64,000 nucleotides of DNA from Eledone cirrhosa (taxonomy: Eukaryota): assembly GCA_964016885.1 (NCBI GenBank), contig OZ024742.1, positions 62,930,001 to 62,994,000 on the forward strand, in the 5' to 3' direction. Within the stretch, counting starts at the first letter, position 1; every line of letters begins with the position of its first letter. Below the pieces are notes generated by a model. It made no database searches. It was not told the DNA's origin and was given only the letters and a program-made list of their open reading frames with translations. Position numbers and translations under genes: made by a program. Below, piece after piece: positions 61,001 to 64,000 of the stretch.

Positions 61001-64000
61001 TCTGTCAGTCTGTCATCTCTTAACTTCTTACTATCTGTCTCTCTGTCAGTCTGTCTTCTCTTAACTTCTTACTACCTGTCTCTCTGTCAGTCTGTCTTCT
61101 CTTAACTTCTTAATACCTGTCTCTCTGTCAGTCTGTCATCTCTTAACTTCTTAGTATCTGTCTCTCTGTCAGTCTGTCTTCTCTTAACTTCTTACTACCT
61201 GCCTCTCTATCAGTCTTTCATCTCTTAACTTCTTACTACCTGTCTCTCTGTCAGTCTGTCATCTCTTAACTTCTTACTATCGGTCTCTCTGTCAGTCTGT
61301 CTTCTCTTAACTTCTTACTACCTGTCTCTCTGTCAGTCTGTCTTCTCTTAACTTCTTACAATCTGTCTCTCTATCAGTCTGTCATCGCTTAACTTCTTAC
61401 TACCTGTCTCTTTGTTTGTCTGTCTTCACTTAACTTCTTACTACCTGTCTCTCTGTCAGTCTGTCATCTCTTAACTTCTTACTATCTGTCTCTCTGACAG
61501 TCTGTCTTCTCTTAACTTCTTACTACCTGTCTCTCTGTCAGTCTGTCATCTCTTAACTTCTAACTACCTGTCTCTCTGTCAGTCTGTCATCTCTTAACTT
61601 CTTACTACCTGTCTGGTCTGTCAGTCTGTCTTCTCTAAACTTCTTACTACATGTCTCTCTGTCAGTCTGTCTTCTCTTAACTTCTTACTACCTGTCTCTC
61701 TGTCAGTCTGTCTTCTCTTAACTTCTTACTGCCTGTCTCTCTGTCAGTCTGTCATCTCTTAACTACTTACTATCTGTCTCTCTGTCAGTCTGTGTTCTCT
61801 TAACTCCTTACTACCTGCCTCTCTGTCAGTCTGTCAACTCTTAACTTCTTACTACCTGTCTCTCTGTCAGTCTGTCTTCTCTTAACTTCTTACTACCTGT
61901 CTCTCTGTCAGTCTGTCATCTCTTAACTTCTTACTACATGTCTCTCTGTCAGTCTGTGTTCTCTTAACCTCTTACTACCTGTCTCTCTGTCAGTCTGTCA
62001 TCTCTTAACTTCTTACTACCTGTCTCTCTATCAGTCTGTCTTCTCTTAACTTCTTACTACATGTCTCTCTGTCAGTCTGTCTTCTCTTAACTTCTTACTA
62101 CCTGTCTCTCTGTCAGTCTGTCTTCTCTTAACTTCTTACTACCTGTCTCTCTGTCAGTCTGTCATCTCTTAACTTCTTACTACCTGTCTCTCTGTCAGTC
62201 TGTGTTCTCTTAACTCCTTACTACCTGCCTCTCTGTCAGTCTTTCATCTCTTAACTTCTTACTACCTGTCTCTCTGTCAGTCTGTCTTCTCTTAACTTCT
62301 TACTACATGTCACTCTGTCAGTCTGTCTTCTCTTAATTTCTTACTACCTGTCTCTCGGTCAGTCTTTCATCTCTTAACTTCTTACTACCTGTCTCTCTGT
62401 CAGTCTGTCTTCACTTAACTTCTTACTACCTGTCTCTCTGTCAGTCTGTCATCACTTAACTTTTTACTATTTGTCTCTCTTTCAGTCTCTCTTCTCTTAA
62501 CTTCTTACTACCTGTCTCTCGGACAGTCTTTCATCTCTTAACTTCTTACTACCTGTCTCTCTGTCAGTCTGTCTTCTCTTAACTTCTTACTACCTGTCTC
62601 TCTGTCAGTCTGTCTTCTCTTAACTTCTTACTACATGTCTCTCTGTCAGTCTGTCTTTTCTTAACTCCTTTCTACCTGTCTCTCCGTCAGTCTTTCATCT
62701 CTTAACTTCTTACTACCTGTCTCTCTGTAAGTCTGTCATCTCTTAACTTCTTACTACCTGTCTCTCTGTCAGTCTGTCTTCTATTAACTTCTTACTACCT
62801 GTCTCTCTGTCAGTCTGTCATCTCTTAACTTCTTACTACCTGTGTCTCTGTCAGTCTGTCATATCTTAACTTCTTACTACCTGTCTCTGTGTCAGTCTGT
62901 CTTCTCTTAACTTCTTGCTACATGTCTCTCTGTCAGTCTGTCTTCTCTTAACTTCTTACTACCTGTCTCTCTGTCAGTCTGTCATCTCTTAACTTCTTAC
63001 TATCTGTCTCTCTGTCAGTCTGTCTTCTCTTAACTTCTTACTACCTGTTTCTCTGTCAGTCTGTCGTCTCTTAACTTCTTACTACCTGTCTCTCTGTCAG
63101 TCTGTCATCTCTTAACTACTTACTATCTGTCTCTCTGTCAGTCTGTGTTCTCTTAACTCCTTACTACCTGCCTCTCTGTCAGTCTTTCATCTCTTAACTT
63201 CTTACTACCTGTCTCTCTGTCAGTCTGTCTTCTCTTAACTTCTTACTACATGTCTCTCTGTCAGTCTGTCTTCTCTTAACTTCTTACTACCTGTCTCTCG
63301 GTCAGTCTTTCATCTCTTAACTTCTTACTACCTGTCTCTCTGTCAGTCTGTCTTTACTTAACTTCTTACTACCTGTCTCACTGTCAGTCTGTCATCTCTT
63401 AACTTCTTACTACCTGTCTCTCTGTCAGTCTGTCTTCTATTAACTTCTTACTACCTGTCTCTCTGTCAGTCTGTCTTCTCTTAACTTCTTACTACCTGTC
63501 TCTCTGTCAGTCTGTCATCTCTTAACTTCTTACTACCTGTCTCTTTGTCTGTCTGTCTTCTCTTAACTTCTTACTACCTGTCTCTCTGTCAGTCTGTCAT
63601 CTCTTAACTTCTTACTATCTGTCTCTCTGTCAGTCTGTCTTCTCTTAACTTCTTACTACCTGTCTCTCTGTCAGTCTGTCATCTCTTAACTTCTTAGTAC
63701 CTGTCTCTCAGTCAGTCTGTCTTCTCTTAACTTCTTACTACCTGTCTCTCTGACAGTCTGTCATCTCTTAACTTCTTACTACCTGTCTCTCTGTCAGTCT
63801 GTCATCTCTTAACTTCTTACTACCTGTCTCTCTGTCAGTCTGTCTTCTCTTAACTACTTACTATCTGTCTCTCTGTCAGTCTGTGTTCTCTTAACTCCTT
63901 ACTACCTGCCTCTCTGTCAGTCTGTCTTCTCTTAACTTCTTACTACCTGTCTCTCTGTCAGTCTGTCATCTCTTTACTTCTTACAACCTGTCTCTCAGTC

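Larger units (their letters stand above)
1..64000 (+). repeat. Tandem satellite array, 41-bp monomer TCAGTCTGTC(T/A)TCTCTTAACTTCTTACTACCTGTCTCTCTG, ~1,561 copies, open at both window ends
   Basis: Positions 1-41 repeat at 42-82 and onward. The 60-nt lines return to the same phase every 2,460 nt (60x41), e.g. lines 1, 2461 and 4921. Most monomers carry only 0-3 substitutions. No non-repeat sequence or inverted segment was seen. Confidence 0.99.

Noticed and set aside
1-64000. CRISPR array or other repeat-spacer system
   Set aside because: Monomers abut directly with no unique spacers. Variation is point substitution shared among copies, and there are no cas or other genes.
1-64000. Giant repetitive protein-coding exon on either strand
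   Set aside because: 41 is not a multiple of 3. The + strand has a TAA in nearly every monomer (a stop every 41 codons in each frame), and the - strand has TAG, TAA, TAA and TGA in each monomer.
1-64000. Telomeric repeat or G-quadruplex/i-motif array
   Set aside because: There are no TTAGGG-like units and no runs of three or more G or C in the consensus on either strand.
1-64000. Variant order as an encoded message or programmed diversification system
   Set aside because: The variant patterns are explained by point mutation plus nested tandem duplication and recombination. Offsets are exact multiples of 41, allowing for the known indels, and nothing requires a dedicated mechanism.

Overview
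The whole 64 kb window is one uninterrupted head-to-tail satellite DNA array of a 41-bp monomer (consensus TCAGTCTGTC[T/A]TCTCTTAACTTCTTACTACCTGTCTCTCTG, about 1,561 copies, all in one orientation; consensus 78% pyrimidine on the + strand, about 41% GC, no CpG). I see no unique sequence, gene, RNA gene, transposon or CRISPR spacer, and the single 79-aa ORF is a repeat artefact. The information lies in the pattern of monomer variants. They form ordered cassettes that define irregular higher-order repeats (HORs) of about 38-53 monomers, two diverged HOR lineages, several recent multi-kb tandem duplications (53/67-, 38-, 90-, 32/33-, 48- and 76/77-mers), very few indels (four -1 and one +1 phase shifts) and a more diverged right end. 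The monomer itself decomposes into five ~8-bp CT-initiated subunits and, on the + strand, resembles a complete 3' splice site. This looks like eukaryotic centromeric, pericentromeric or subtelomeric satellite, but I cannot identify the organism or the repeat family from the sequence alone. All spacings were measured by eye from diagnostic variants, so block boundaries are approximate.
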